Below, piece by piece: positions 15,231 to 27,320 of a stretch of DNA of 64,000 nt (position 1 is its first letter; the number at the start of each line of letters is the position of its first letter). The stretch is from the human T2T-CHM13v2.0 reference genome, Homo sapiens. The stretch lies in assembly GCF_009914755.1 (NCBI RefSeq), contig NC_060947.1; one strand, written 5' to 3'. A model generated the notes under the pieces. That model searched no databases and had not been told where the DNA came from. It saw only the letters and a program-made list of their open reading frames with translations. The position numbers and the translations under genes were made by a program.

Positions 15231-15339
15231 TCCATAAACGGCCAGTAAATCTTCCCAGAGGGTGGTGGGCATTTCCAACGGGCCAAACGTGGCCTGTCAT
15301 TCTATCATTTCTCTCTTTCGACAGCAAGGTCTGGTAGAA

Positions 15340-15965
15340 CGAAGACCAACCGCCCGATGGCCGCTAACAGTTCCACCCGTCGCCGTCTGGGACTTCGCTC
15401 ACCTACCAGGCCGGTTAAGCCCTTTGTCCGTTGTCTTCAGGACTAGGTAGGTCTCGCCCAATGGCGACAGAGTGGTCACCTGGGACCCGGATCTGCGCGG
15501 CTCCGTGGCCTAAAGAGGCGGCCTAGCCTGCCTGCGTCCCTGGGCCGCTTTCCCGGGCCCTCCACGCCCTAACAGCCTCCGCCGCGCGGCGTTCGAGCGG
15601 CCGCCATGCTTCCCGGCCCTCCACTCCTGCAGCCGCCCAAAGGCGCTGCGTCCCGACAGCTCTGCGGAGGTTTAGCGGAGGCCCGGTAGGCTTGGGCCGG
15701 GGGGGTTCGGGCTGGGAGAGGCCGCCCCCGCCATCAGTCACCGAGGTGGGAGGGGGGGAAGAGAGGTTCGCTGTGGCTTCAAGGCCTGGGCACAGCCAGT
15801 GGGCAGCCACAGCAGAGGCCTCCATCCGGTATCTGCAGGGCAGAGGGCTCAGACTGTCCCGGGGCCCCCCAGTTCACCCGCCGGCCAGGGGCCGGAGGGC
15901 CTGGAGGCCCCTGGAGTAGCAGGCCGCATTCTTCGTCTCTCCGCGCTCTCTGCCGGACCTGAACT
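15340..15965. promoter_or_regulatory. CpG-rich island-like segment (5' head of the NORAD retrocopy)
   Basis: High GC with many intact CpGs (e.g. CCGCCGCGCGGCGTTCGAGCGGCCGCC) in an otherwise AT-rich, CpG-depleted window. Regulatory activity is not shown. Confidence 0.55.
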
Positions 15966-17389
15966 CACAAAAGTGAACTTTTTATAAATAGAAGTAAAAG
16001 CCAAAAATAAAATGTGACCTTATTTTACACACAGACACACACACAACCACAAAAGGCAGACAGCTGCAGAATGTTTAGCTCTAAATGGGTGATGTAAAGA
16101 GTTTTGTTGGCCAATGCTATAATGATTATAAATCTCGACCCTAAAATCATTCAGGCTTTGAGTGAAATTTATTAGATCTAGCCATTACAAAATTTAGCCA
16201 GATTTAAAATTTTACAGTATAAGGCATGACTATTTATGAGGCGATTATCATACTTTAGATAGAAATTAGTAAATTTTCAAATATCTTTCTGTGTAAATTA
16301 ACTCAATTAAAAAAAGATACAATAATATCCCTTCTTGTTTTTTTATATTTTTACTTGATTTGGCTTAGCAGGAAATGTTTTCCAAAGATTTTGGTAGGGT
16401 GAGTGCAGTTCAATCAGGTTTTGGAATTGTTGCACAAAGATATGGTAGAACAGGTCAATGCCTTACAATTATAGACATTTTGATTCTGACTTTAAATTAT
16501 GAGATTTAATCTAGAATTTATATTAATGTTTAAGGCAACATACACAGCATTGTGGTGATCAGTGTGTATGTATGGCAACTGTTACACATTGTTACTTTGG
16601 AAGTGTGGTTATTTTTAAAAAGCTGTATGTTCAAATAAGCATAAGTTTCTTGTCTATCTTATCACCCCAAGAAACATGGTATTCAGTAAAATCAATCAGA
16701 TTTGGCTGGTTGTTTTATTTGGTTTTAGTCATTAACATTTTTCACCCACAATTCATATAACCACTTAAAATTGTGTGCTATTAGCATATAATAAAAATAA
16801 TATCTGTGCCTCCTGGGCTCAAAAGTTAGCAGCAGGATGTCCTGACTCAATAGCAGGCTTTTCTGCATTAAAGTTCCATTCTTTTTCTTAAGTGGATAAA
16901 ACCAGGTTCAGAAAGCTGGAGCTGGTCTTTAGAACAATATACAGTTTGTCATGAGATCATGAGAATGTGTGCTATAAGCCAAAGTAGCTTATATCCCATG
17001 AGGATATGTAAAATCAATCATTAAAGAAATGGCTTCTTTTGGTATCTTCAGAAATTAAAAAAAAAAAAAGGATAGTTAAAAATCCCTCCCCAAGATCCAC
17101 GGTGTGCCTGGCCTTAATTAGGGTATCTGAGAAATAAACTGACCTGATTAACACAACACTACACCATTCTAATTGCCATAGTATTACCAGACAAGTGTCT
17201 TTTATAAAAAAAGCATGCCTCAGTTTCATCACATTTAACATTTTTTAGTGTACTGTAACAAACATCCCATTTGCAAACCTTGCTAGGAGATTTTAGACAC
17301 TCAGATTTCAAAGACAATGGTGTAGTGACAAGAATATGGGAAAAAGGTTCAATACTGGATTAATGAAAGTGAGAACAATATGTTATTCA

Positions 17390-17560
17390 TGTTTATATCC
17401 ATGGCTTCTGTAACAAGGCTGGCATGTGGCAGGTATCAAATAAAAATATGTCAGTGACTTTCAATAAGTACCACCCTCTTTCTGTGCTTCAGTTTCCTCC
17501 TCTGGAAAATGAAAGAAATGGATGAGCTAAGCTTTAACTCTAACAATACATTCTAAGCAG
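17390..17560 (+). mobile_element. L2 3' fragment followed by a MIR core fragment
   Basis: GGCTGGCATGTGGCAGGTATCAAATAAAAATATG is L2-end-like. GTGACTT...TCTGTGCTTCAGTTTCCTCCTCTGGAAAATG is the MIR core. Confidence 0.55.
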
Positions 17561-17774
17561 ATGTTCTTTAAACTGTTCAAAAATTTTATTTTACCCGATC
17601 AGAGCTATTAGCAGATTATCAGGATCTGCAACATACTACTAAGCAATGGAACAAATTTTCCTCAGGAAGAAACATAATCTAGAATGAGAGACTCAGAGAC
17701 ATTTTGGACAAAATTACTCTAAAAACTTAAAAAAGTCTAAAATGGTGCTCAGATAATAAAAGTTTTGCTATGGA

Positions 17775-17890
17775 CAGAATGAGAGCCCTCACTAGAACCT
17801 GACCATGATGGCACGCTGATCTTGGGTTTCATGAGCTTCAAAACTATGACAAGTAAATGCTTGCTGCTTAAGCCACCCAATTTATAGTAT
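17775..17890 (+). mobile_element. MLT1A-type MaLR LTR 3' fragment
   Basis: GAGCCCTCACTAGAACCTGACCATGATGGCACGCTGATCTTGG...TTAAGCCACCCAATTTATAGTATTTT. Confidence 0.65.
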
Positions 17891-20800
17891 TTTTTTTAAT
17901 TTCAATACTTTTTAGAAAACGGGGTTTTTTATTACATGGACAAGTTCTTTCGTGGTAATTTCTGAGATTTTGGTGAATCTGTCAGCCAAGCAGTGTATAC
18001 TGTACCCAATGTGTAATCTTTTATCCCTCACCACCTTCCCCATTCCCCCAGAGTCCCCGAAGTCCACTATTTCATTCTCTATCATATGTCTTTTCATCCT
18101 TATCGCTTAGTTCCCACTTATAAGTGAGAACATACGAAATTTGTTTTCTGCTTCTGAGTTGCTTTACTTAATGGTCTTCAACTCATCCAGGTTGCTTTGA
18201 ATGCCTTTAGTTCATTTCTTCTAATGGCTGAGTAGTATTCCATGGTGCCACATTTTCTTTATCCACTCGTTGGTTGATGGGCATATACGTTCCATATTTT
18301 TTCAATTGTGAATTGTGCCACTGTAAGCATGTGTGTGCAAGTGTCTTTTTCATATAATGACTTCTTTTTCTCTGGGTAGATACTCAGTAGTGGAATTGCT
18401 GGATCAAATGGTAGTTCTACTTTTAGTTCTTTAAGGAATCTCTGTACCATATTCCATAGTGGTTGTACTAGTTTACATTCCCATTGGCATTGTAAAAGTG
18501 TTCTCTTTACATTCACATCAACATCTATTTTTTTTATTATTTTATTATGGCCATTCTTGCAGGAGTAAGGTGGTATCACATTGTGGTTTTGATTTACATT
18601 TCCCTGATAATTAGTGATGTTAATAATTTTGTCATGTTTCCTGATCATGTGTAGTATATGTTCTTTTGAGAATTGTCTATCCGTGTCCTTTCTCCACTTT
18701 TTGATGGGGCTGGGTTTTTTTCTTACTGATTTGTTTGAGTTCCTTGTAGATTCTGGATATTAGTCCTTTGTCTGATGCACAGTTTGTGAAGATATGCTTG
18801 CATTCTCTGTGTTGTGAGTTTACTCTGCTAATTATTTCTTTTGCTGTGCAGAAACTTTGTAGTTAAATTGGGCACCATGTATTTATTTTTGTTTTTGTTG
18901 CATTTTCTTTTGGGTTTTTGGTCATGAAGTCTTTACATAAGCCAACATCTAGGAGAACTTTACCAATGTTTCCTTGTAGAATTTTTCATGGTTTCAGGTC
19001 TTAGATTTAAGTCCCTGATCCATCTTGAGTTGATTTTTGTATAAAATGAGAGATGTGGTTTCAGTTTTATTCTTCTACATGTGGCTTGCCAATTATTCCA
19101 GCACCATTTGTTGAATAGGGTTTCCTTTCCTCACTTTATGTTTTTGATGCTATGTCAAAGATCGGTTGGCTGTAATTATCTGGGTTTATTTCTGGGTTCT
19201 CTATTCTTTTCCATTGGTCTACATGCCTATTTTTATATCAGTACCATGCTGTTTTGGTAACTGTAGACTGTAGGATAGTTTGAAGTCAGGTAATGTGATG
19301 CCTCCAGATTGGTTCCTTTTGTTTAGTTGTGCTTTGGCTATGCAGAATCTTTTCTGGTTCCACATAAATTTTAGGATTTTTTTCTAGTTCTGTGAAGAAT
19401 GATGATGGTACTTTGTTGGGAATTGCATTGAATCTGTAGATTGCTTTTGGCAGTATGGTCACTTTTATAATACTGAATCTACCCATCCATGAGCATGGGA
19501 TGTGTTTTTATTTGTATGTGTCATCTATGATTTCTTTCAGCAGTGTTTTGTAGATTTTCTTGTAGAGATCTTTCTCCTCCTTGGTTAGGTATATTTCTAT
19601 GTATTTTATCATTTTTGCAGCTGTTGTGAAAGGGGTTGAGTTCTTGATTTCTCAGCTTTGCCATTGTTGTTGTATAGCAGTGCTACTTATTTGTAAGCAT
19701 TGATTTTGTATCTTGAAACTTTACTGAATTCATTTATCAGATCTAGAAGTCTTTTGGATGAGTCTTTAGATTTTCTAGGTATACAAACATATCATTAGTG
19801 AACAGTGACAGTTGGCTTCCTCTTTACCAATGTGGATGCTTTTTATTTTTTTCTCTTGTCTGATTGGTCTGGCTAGAACTTCCAGTACGATGTTGAATAG
19901 AAGCGGTGAAAGTGGGCATCCCTGTATTGTTCGAGCTCTCAGGGGGAATGCTTTTAACTCTTCCTCATTCAATATAATGTTGGCTGTGTGTTTGTCATGG
20001 ATGGCTTTTATTACCTTGAGATATGTCTCTTCTATGCCAATTTTGCTGAGGGTTTTGATCATAAATAGAGGCTGGATTTTGTCAAATACTTTTTCTGCAT
20101 CTGTTGAGATAATCATATGATTCTTATTTTTAATTCTCTTTATGTGATGTATTACACTTATTGATTTGCATATGTTAAACCACCCCTGCATTCCTGGTAT
20201 GAAACCTACTTGATTATAGTATATTATCTTTTTGACATGCTGTTGGATTTGGTTAGCTAGTGTGTTGAGTATTTTTTGCATATATTCATCAGGAATATTG
20301 CTTTGTAGTTTTTTATCTTTTTTTGTATGTCCTTCCTGGTTTTGGAATTAGGGTGATACTGGCTTCCAAGATTGATTTGGGGGGGCGGATTTTCTCTTTC
20401 TCTCTCTTTTGTAATAGTTTCAGTAAAATTGATACCAATTTTTCTTTGAATGTCACAAAGAATTCAGCTGTGAATCCACCTTGTCCTGGAGTTCTTTTTG
20501 TTGACAGTTTTTAAATTACTGTTTCAATATCGCTATTTGTTATTGGTCTGTTCAGAGTTTCTATTTCTTCCTGATTTAACCTGGGAGGATTGTATATTTC
20601 CAGGAATTTATTCATATCCTCTAGATTTTCCAGTTTTTCTGTAAAAAGATGTTCACAGTAGCCTTGAGTAAGCTTTTGTATTTCTGTGGTATCGGTTGTA
20701 AGATATCGTGTTTCATTTCTAATTGAGCTTATTTGGATTTTTCTCTTTTCTTGGTTAATCTCACTAATGGTCTATCAATTTTGTTTATCTTTTCAAATAA

Positions 20801-20972
20801 CCATTTTTTTGTTTTAGTTAACTCTTATTTTTTGTTTCAATTTCATTTAGTTCTGCTCTGATCTTTGTTATTTCTTTTCTTCTGCTGAGATTGAGTTTGT
20901 TTGTTTCTCTAGTTATTTGTGGTGTGACCTTGGATTGTCTATTTGTGCTCTTTAAGACATTTTAATGTAGCC
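17891..20972 (-). mobile_element. L1PB1-like LINE-1 3' portion (ORF2 RT to 3'UTR)
   Basis: L1PB1-type 3'UTR (GGACAAGTTCTTTCGTGGTAATTTCTGAGATTTTGGTG). ORF 19775-20281 encodes [13 protein letters not shown]...[19 protein letters not shown]. Confidence 0.85.
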
Positions 20973-22448
20973 ATATATATTAGTTAGCTCTTCTTGTTGC
21001 ATCAATACCTTTACCAGTATATAGTGCCCTTCTTTGTCTTTTTTGATCTTTGTTGGTTGAAAGTCTGTTTTATCAGAGACTGGTATTGAAACTTCTGCAT
21101 TTTTTTTTGCTTACCATTTCCTTGGTAAATATTTCTCCATACTTTTATTTTGAGCCTATATGTTTCTTTGCACGTGAGTTGGGTCTCCTGAATGCAGCAT
21201 ACTGATGAGTCCTGACTCTTTATCCAGTTTCCCAGCCTCTGTCTTTTAATAGGGGCATTTAGGCCATTTACATTTAAGGTTAATATTGTTATGTGTGAAT
21301 TTGATCCTGTCATCATTTTGCTAGCTAGTTATTTTGCACACTAGTTGATGCAGTTTCTTCATTGTGTCATTGGTCTTTCTATTTTGGTGTGGTTTTGAAG
21401 TGGTTGGTACTGGTTTTTCCTTTCCATATTTAGCGCTTCTTTCAGGAGCTCTTGCAAGGCAGGTCTGATGATGAAAAAATCCCTTAGCATTTACTTGTCT
21501 GAAAAAGATTTTTTTTCTCCTTCACTTATGAAGTTGTTTGGCTGGATATGAAATTCTGGGTTGAAAATTCTTTTCTTTAATAATGTTGAGTATTGGCCCC
21601 CACTCTCTTCTGGCTTGTAGGGTTTCTGCTGACAGATCTGCTGTTAGTCTGGTGGGCTTCTCTTTGTAGATGACCTGACGTTGCTCTCTGCCTGCCCCTA
21701 ACATTTTCTTCTTCACTTCATCCTTGGAGAATCTGATGATTATGTGTCTTGGGGTTCATCCTCTCATGGAGTATCTTAGTGATGTTCTCTGTATTTTCTG
21801 AATTTGAATGTTCGTCTGTCTTGTTAGGTTGGGGAAGTTCTCCTGGATAATCATCCCAGATCCATTCCAGACTGCTGTGCTAGCAGTGAGAATTTCAAGC
21901 CAGTGGTTCTTAGCTTGCTGGGCTGTTTGAGAGTGGGACCTGCTGAGCAAGACCACTTGGCTCCCTAGCTTCAGCCCCCTTTCCAGGGGAGTGAAAGTTT
22001 CTGTCTTGCTGGGGTTCCAGGTGACACTGAGGTATGAGAAACCAACAAAGAAACTCCTCCAGCTATCTCGGTGTCTTCCCAACAGCCGCCCAGTTTTGTT
22101 CTTGAAACCCAGTGCCCTGGTCGTGTAGGCACACGAGGGAATCTCCTGGTCTGAGAGTAGCAAAAACCATGGGAAAAGCATAGTATCCTGGCTGGATAGC
22201 ACAGTTCCTCACGGCTTCCCTTGGCTGGGGGAGGGAGGCCCCGGGTTCCTTGCACCTCCTGGGTGAGGTGATGCCCCACCCTGCTTCTGCTCACCCTCTG
22301 TGGGCTGCACCCACTGCCTAACCAGTCCCAATGAGATGAACAGGGTACCTCAGTTGGAAATGCAGAAATCACCTGCCTTCTGCATTGGTCTCGCTGGGAG
22401 GTGCAGACTGGAGCTGTTCCTATTTGGACCTCTTGCCTGATCTCCTCC
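20973..22448 (-). mobile_element. L1PA7/8-like 5' portion (5'UTR, ORF1 3' part, ORF2 EN start) with an internal deletion at ~21853
   Basis: ORF 21011-21316 reads MTGSNSHITILTLNVNGLNAPIKR. ORF1 C-terminal fragments are present. Minus-strand start GGAGGAGATCAGGCAAGAGGTCCAAATAGGAACAGCTCC. Confidence 0.8.
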
Positions 22449-23366
22449 GTTTTTATTTCTAAGTAATATTCCATAGTATGAATGTACCACAGTATGTTTA
22501 ATCTTTCACACATTGAAAGACATATGAAATGTTTCCATTGTTTGGCTATCATAAATAAAGCTGCCATGAACACTTTGTATAGGTTTTTGTGTAAACATGT
22601 TTTATTTCTTTGGGATGAATGCTCAGAAGTGTAATTGCTGAGTAGTATTGTAAGTGCATGTTTAATTTTATTAAAAACTGCTGAACTATTTTCCAAAGAG
22701 ATACCTGTGTTCTGTTCCAGACTGAACTGATACTGTATTTTTCAGTAGTCTTTTTTTCGGTGTGTTTCATTTTGTATAGTTTCTATTGCTATGTCTTCAA
22801 GGTCACTAATATTTTCTTCTGTGATATCAAATCTGCTGTTCATTATATTTGGTGTTTTTCATTTCAAACATCTAAAAAGAAAAGTCTTTAGAAACTTGAA
22901 TTGTTTTTATATCTTCCATGTTTCTTCTTCAGTTTTTGAATATTTAGAACACATTTATACTTAATAACTGCTTTAATGTCCTTGTTTATTGTTTCTAACA
23001 TTTGTGTCAATTCTGGATTTATTTCAATAGATTGATTTTTCTTTTCATTTTGAATTATGTTTCTTCTTCACATAACTGATAATTTTTTATTGAATGCCAA
23101 ATGTAAATTTTATCATCTGGTGCTTAAAATTTTTGCATTGTTGTAAGTGGTTTTGAGCTTTGTTGAGGGATACTATGAAAATTTCTTGGAAAATTTTGAT
23201 CCTTTTGTGTCATGCTTTTTAATATTTGTTAGGTGGGTCCAGAGCCAAGTTTAGTGTAATGATAATTATTTTCCGGTACAAAGACAAGACCTTTCTGAAT
23301 TTTCTACCTCACGTCTCAAGAAAAATGAGGTTTTCCATTTGGCTGGTGGGAACAGATGCTATTACT

Positions 23367-23407
<41 letters not shown>

Positions 23408-23780
23408 GTGTGTTTGTGTGTGCCGGTTATTGTTTTCTTTAATCCTTTTTAGGTGGTTCTTTACCTGCACACAGGTAGTAGTTCTCTCCCATGCATGCAG
23501 TGATTAGTACTTTGGTGAATACATGAGAGGAACCCAGCAGCTCTCTTTAATTCTCTCTCTGTGAAGCTCTCTCTTCCTCAGTACTCTGTTCTGTAAACTT
23601 TAGTTACTTTGGATTTTTGTGCTCTCAGCTTTGTTTCTTTAGCTCAGCAAGCCCTGCTTATTGTACTGTGGCTGCGAAACTCTCTCAATGCACTAAACTC
23701 AGGCAGTGGTTGGACTCACTTTATTATTTCACCATCTCTCGGAGATTGCTGTCCTTCCTTGCCTGATGGTCAGTGAATCA
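22449..23780 (-). mobile_element. Old L1MC/L1MD fragments (3' end piece, then ORF1/5' region)
   Basis: TATTCCATAGTATGAATGTACCACAG...TTTGGCTATCATAAATAAAGCTGCCATGAAC, followed by TTTCTATTGCTATGTCTTCAAGGTCACTAATATTTTCTTCTG. Confidence 0.6.
23369..23422. repeat. (TG)n microsatellite
   Basis: Long GT run with a degenerate 3' part. Confidence 0.95.
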
Positions 23781-23794
23781 GAAGCTTTTGTTTT

Positions 23795-24372
23795 GCTAGG
23801 TACAGTGGCTTATGCTGGCACGATTGTGTTTTGAAATGTGAAAGCATAAGGTTTAGGAGGGGACAGGGACTGAATAATATGGTATGGTTCTGTGTCCCCA
23901 CGCAAATCTCATCTCAAATTTTAATCTCCATGTGTTAAGTAAGGTACTTGGTGGGGGCGGGGATTGAATCTTGGGGGCAGTTTTCCCCATGCTGTTCTCA
24001 TGATAGTGGGTGAGTTCTCATGAGATCTGATGATTTTATAAGAGGCTCTTTTCCCTTCACTTTCTCTTCTCTCTCCTGACACCATGTGAGGAAGGTCCTT
24101 GCTTCCCTTTTGTCTTCTGCTGTGATTTTAAGTTTCCTGAGGCCTCCACAGCCATGTGGAACTGTGAATCAATTAAACCTCTTTCTTTTATAATTTACCC
24201 AGTCTCAGGTAGTTCTTTATAGCAGGGTGAAAATGGACTAATACACCCAGCTACTTAGGAGGCTGAAGTGAAAGAATGGCTTGAGTCCAGGAGTTTGAGA
24301 CTACTCTGGGCAGCAGAATGAGAACCCATCTCTTAAAAAATACAAATGAATAATAAATAAAAATAATAACAA
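23795..24372 (+). mobile_element. FLAM (Alu left monomer) split by a THE1D insertion
   Basis: 5' piece GCTAGGTACAGTGGCTTATGC (23795-23815). 3' piece CCCAGCTACTTAGGAGGCTGAAG...CCCATCTCTTAAAAAA from 24246. Confidence 0.7.
23816..24245 (+). mobile_element. THE1D LTR (23875-24245) with ~60 bp of 3' internal sequence/polypurine tract
   Basis: LTR start TAATATGGTATGGTTCTGTGTCCCCAC and end GTGAAAATGGACTAATACA. Upstream GGCACGATTGTGTTTTGAAATGTG...AGGAGGGGACAGGGACTGAA resembles the THE1-int end. Confidence 0.85.
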
Positions 24373-24404
24373 ATCTTTGAAAAATAAAAAAGGTTTTGGT
24401 TTTA

Positions 24405-24428
24405 TACACACACACACACACACACACA
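24405..24428. repeat. (CA)n microsatellite
   Basis: About 12 AC units. Confidence 0.9.
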
Positions 24429-24548
24429 TTTTCATTGTTTTTGTCATTTCCAGTGGGATGGTAAATTTGGTCCCTATTACTCCATTTTGGCTAGCAGCCA
24501 AGCTGACCAGTATAGAAACACAATGGATTCTGAATTTGATTTCGTTCT

Positions 24549-24992
24549 TGTATTACTCAGGCTTCTCTAGAGAGACAGAACTAATAGAATAGATGTATAT
24601 ATAAAAGGAAGCTTATTAAGGAGTATTGACTCACACAATAACAAGGTAAGATCCCACAATAGGTTGTCTCCAAGCAGAGGAGCTAGGAAGGTAGTTCGAG
24701 TCCAAAAGCTGAACAAGTTGGAGTCCAATGTTCTAGGGCAGGAAGCATTCAACACGGGAGAATGATGTAGGCCAGAAGACAAAACCACCCTAGTCTTTTC
24801 ATGTTCTTCAGCCTGCTTTTATTCTGGCCACACTGGCAGCTGATTAGATTGTGCCCACCCAGATTGAGGGTGGATCTGCCTTTTCCAATCCATTGATTCA
24901 AATGTTAATCTCCTTTGGCAACACCCTCACAGACACACCCAGGAACAATACTTTTGCATCCTTCAATCCAGTCAAATTGATACTCAGTACCA
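24549..24992 (-). mobile_element. MLT2A2-type LTR (HERV-L)
   Basis: TGTATTACTCAGGCTTCTCTAGAGAGACAGAACTAATAG...TTTGGCAACACCCTCACAGACACACCCAGGAACAATACTTT. The terminal ~10 bp appear to be lost. Confidence 0.85.
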
Positions 24993-25335
24993 ATTGGGCC
25001 AGATACTTTGTCTATTAGGCCAGCAGCAACAAATTCACTTACTTTGGCACAAATCTATTAAGGCAATAGTTTTTTCAATGGTGCTATTGTTATTTTTTAT
25101 AGCCTAAACTCCATTATTAAGCTGCTGTGTGTCTTGCTTATTTCCACTGAGAAAATTACCACACAATGCCATCTCTTTTATTTCTCTTTGTTCCAATTCT
25201 GGTTTGAAGTCTATTTAACTTCATTTGGTGATGTGTTGTTTCAAGGTTTCATTTTAGTCATTGCTTCTGAGTAGTATAATCTCTTTGTTATTGTTAAATG
25301 CATTTTTTCTTCTAGTCATCAGAAAAAGTTTTTCT

Positions 25336-25640
25336 GGGTGGGTGCGGTGGCTCATGGCTGAAATCCTAGCACTTTGGGAGGACAAGGAGGGCAGACTACT
25401 TGAGGTCAGGAGTTGAAGACCAGCCTGGCCAACATGGTGAAACCCTGTCTCTATGAAAAATACAAAAATTAGCCAGGCACGTTGGCACACCCCTGTAATC
25501 TCAGCTACTCAGGAGGCTGAGGCAGGAGAATCACTTGAACCTGGGAGGTGGAGGTTGCAATGATTTGAGATTATGCCACTGCACTACAGCCTAGGCAACA
25601 GAGTGAGTCAGACTCCATCTAAAAGAAAAAAAAAAAAAGA
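25336..25640 (+). mobile_element. AluS (Sz/Sx-like)
   Basis: Dimeric Alu with A-rich linker and A-tail. Confidence 0.9.
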
Positions 25641-25642
25641 AG

Positions 25643-26725
25643 AAGATGGCCGAATAGGAACAGCTCTGGTCTGCAGCTCCCAGCGAGATTGACGCGGAAC
25701 GTGAGTGACTTCTCCGTTTCCAACTGAGGTACCCAGTTCATCTCATTGGGACTGGTTGGACAGTGGTTGAAGCCCAAGGAAGGCCAGCTAAAGCAAGGTG
25801 GGGCATCGCCTCACCTGGGAAGTGCAAAGGGTTAGGGAACTCCCACTCCTAGCCAAGGGAAGCCATTAGGGACTGTACCATGCACCTGGCCCAGATACTG
25901 CACTTTTCCCACGGCTTTTGTAACTGGCAGACCAGGAGATTCCCCCCGGTGTCTATACCAGCAGGGCCCTGGGTTTCAAGCATAAAACTGGGCGGCTACA
26001 CCAAGCTAGCCACAGGCGTTTTTTTTTTTTTTTTCATACCCCATTGGTGCCTGGAACGCCAGCAAGACAGAACTGTTCACTCCTCTTGAAAGGTAGCTGA
26101 AGCAAGGGAGCCAAGTGGTCTGGCTCGGCGGGTCCCACCTCCACGGAGCCCAGCAAGCTAAGATCCACTGGCTTGAAATTTTCGCCCAGCACAGCAGTCT
26201 GAACTCCACCTGGGATGCTTGAGCTTGATGGGGGGTGGGGTGTCCACCATTGCTGTTTTTTGCAGCAATATTTAAAATAGCCAAGACTTGGAGCCAACCC
26301 AAAAATCCATCAATGATAGACTGGATAAAGAAAATGTGGCACATATACACCATGGAATACTATGCAGCCATAAAAAAGAATGAGTTTATGTCCTTTGCAG
26401 GGACATGGATGAAGCTGGAAACCATCATCCTCAGCAAACTAACACAGGAACAGGAAACCAAACACCACATGCTGTTCCTCGTAAGTGGGAGTTGAACAGT
26501 GAGAACACATGGACACAGGGACAAGAACATCACATACTGGGTCCTGTCAGGGAATGGGATGCAAGAGGAGATATATCATTAGGACAAATACCTAATTCAT
26601 GTGGGGCTTAAAACCTAGATGACGGGTTGATGCATGTGGCAAACCACCATGGCACGTGTATACCTATGTAACAAACCTGCACATTTATCCCATGTATCCC
26701 AGAACTTAAAGTACAATAAGAAAAA
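25643..26725 (+). mobile_element. Internally deleted L1PA8 (5'UTR joined directly to ORF2 end/3'UTR)
   Basis: Starts AAGATGGCCGAATAGGAACAGC. At ~26255 it switches to TTTTTGCAGCAATATTTAAAATAGCCAAGACTTGG. L1PA8-type 3'UTR (GGGGCTTAAAACCTAGATGACGGGTTG). Confidence 0.82.
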
Positions 26726-26744
26726 CAATCAAATGTCACAGAAA

Positions 26745-27320
26745 TATTTTCAAATTAATATACAGTAAAATTAACATTCATTTCCAGTTATACAAATTTT
26801 AGCATATTGGTTTATGTAACCACTATACTCAGATTACATAATATTTTCTTCACCCATTTAATACCTTCTTGCTGTCCTGTATAATCACTCGTGCTTCTCA
26901 CTGCTAACTCCTCGCAACCCATGATCAATCTCTATCACTATTTTTCTATATTTCTGATTATGTTGTATAAATTGAATCATGCAATATGTAACCTTTGATA
27001 CTTCTGTAACTCACGAAAATGATATTCATATTTATCCAAGCTGTGTGTATGAGTAGTTTATTTCTTTCTACTGCTGAAAAGTATTTTATTGTATGCATGT
27101 ACCACTGTATATTCGTTCACACAAAGAAAGACATTGGATTGTTTCTATTTCTTGGAACTTATAAATAAAGTTGCTATAAATAATTGTGGATAGGTTTATA
27201 TATAAATATAACATATATATATAAACATAATTATTATCTTTTAAGGTTAAATCACTAGGAGTAGGATTTCTGGTCATATGGTAAATGAATGATTAACTAT
27301 TAAAGAACATGCTAAACTGT
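26745..27320 (-). mobile_element. Old L1MC/MD 3' end fragment
   Basis: ATAAATTGAATCATGCAATATGTAACCTTT...ATAAATAAAGTTGCTATAAA...GGAGTAGGATTTCTGGTCATATGGTAA. Confidence 0.6.

Noticed and set aside
14837-15987. Short ORFs in the GC-rich region as a protein-coding retrogene
   Set aside because: They overlap on both strands with no recognisable domain, as expected for GC-rich lncRNA-derived sequence.
16780-17300. Possible conserved enhancer with TAAT/TAATTA motifs
   Set aside because: Such motifs are common in AT-rich DNA and no conservation data are available.
21756-22696. 241-aa and 148-aa ORFs
   Set aside because: Chance read-through across L1MC/D and L1PA 5'UTR junctions; no gene structure.
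24160-24980. DUX4 sites in THE1D and MLT2A
   Set aside because: Both candidate motifs (TGAATCAATTA at ~24165; CAATCCAGTCA at ~24964) deviate from the consensus, so binding cannot be supported from sequence.
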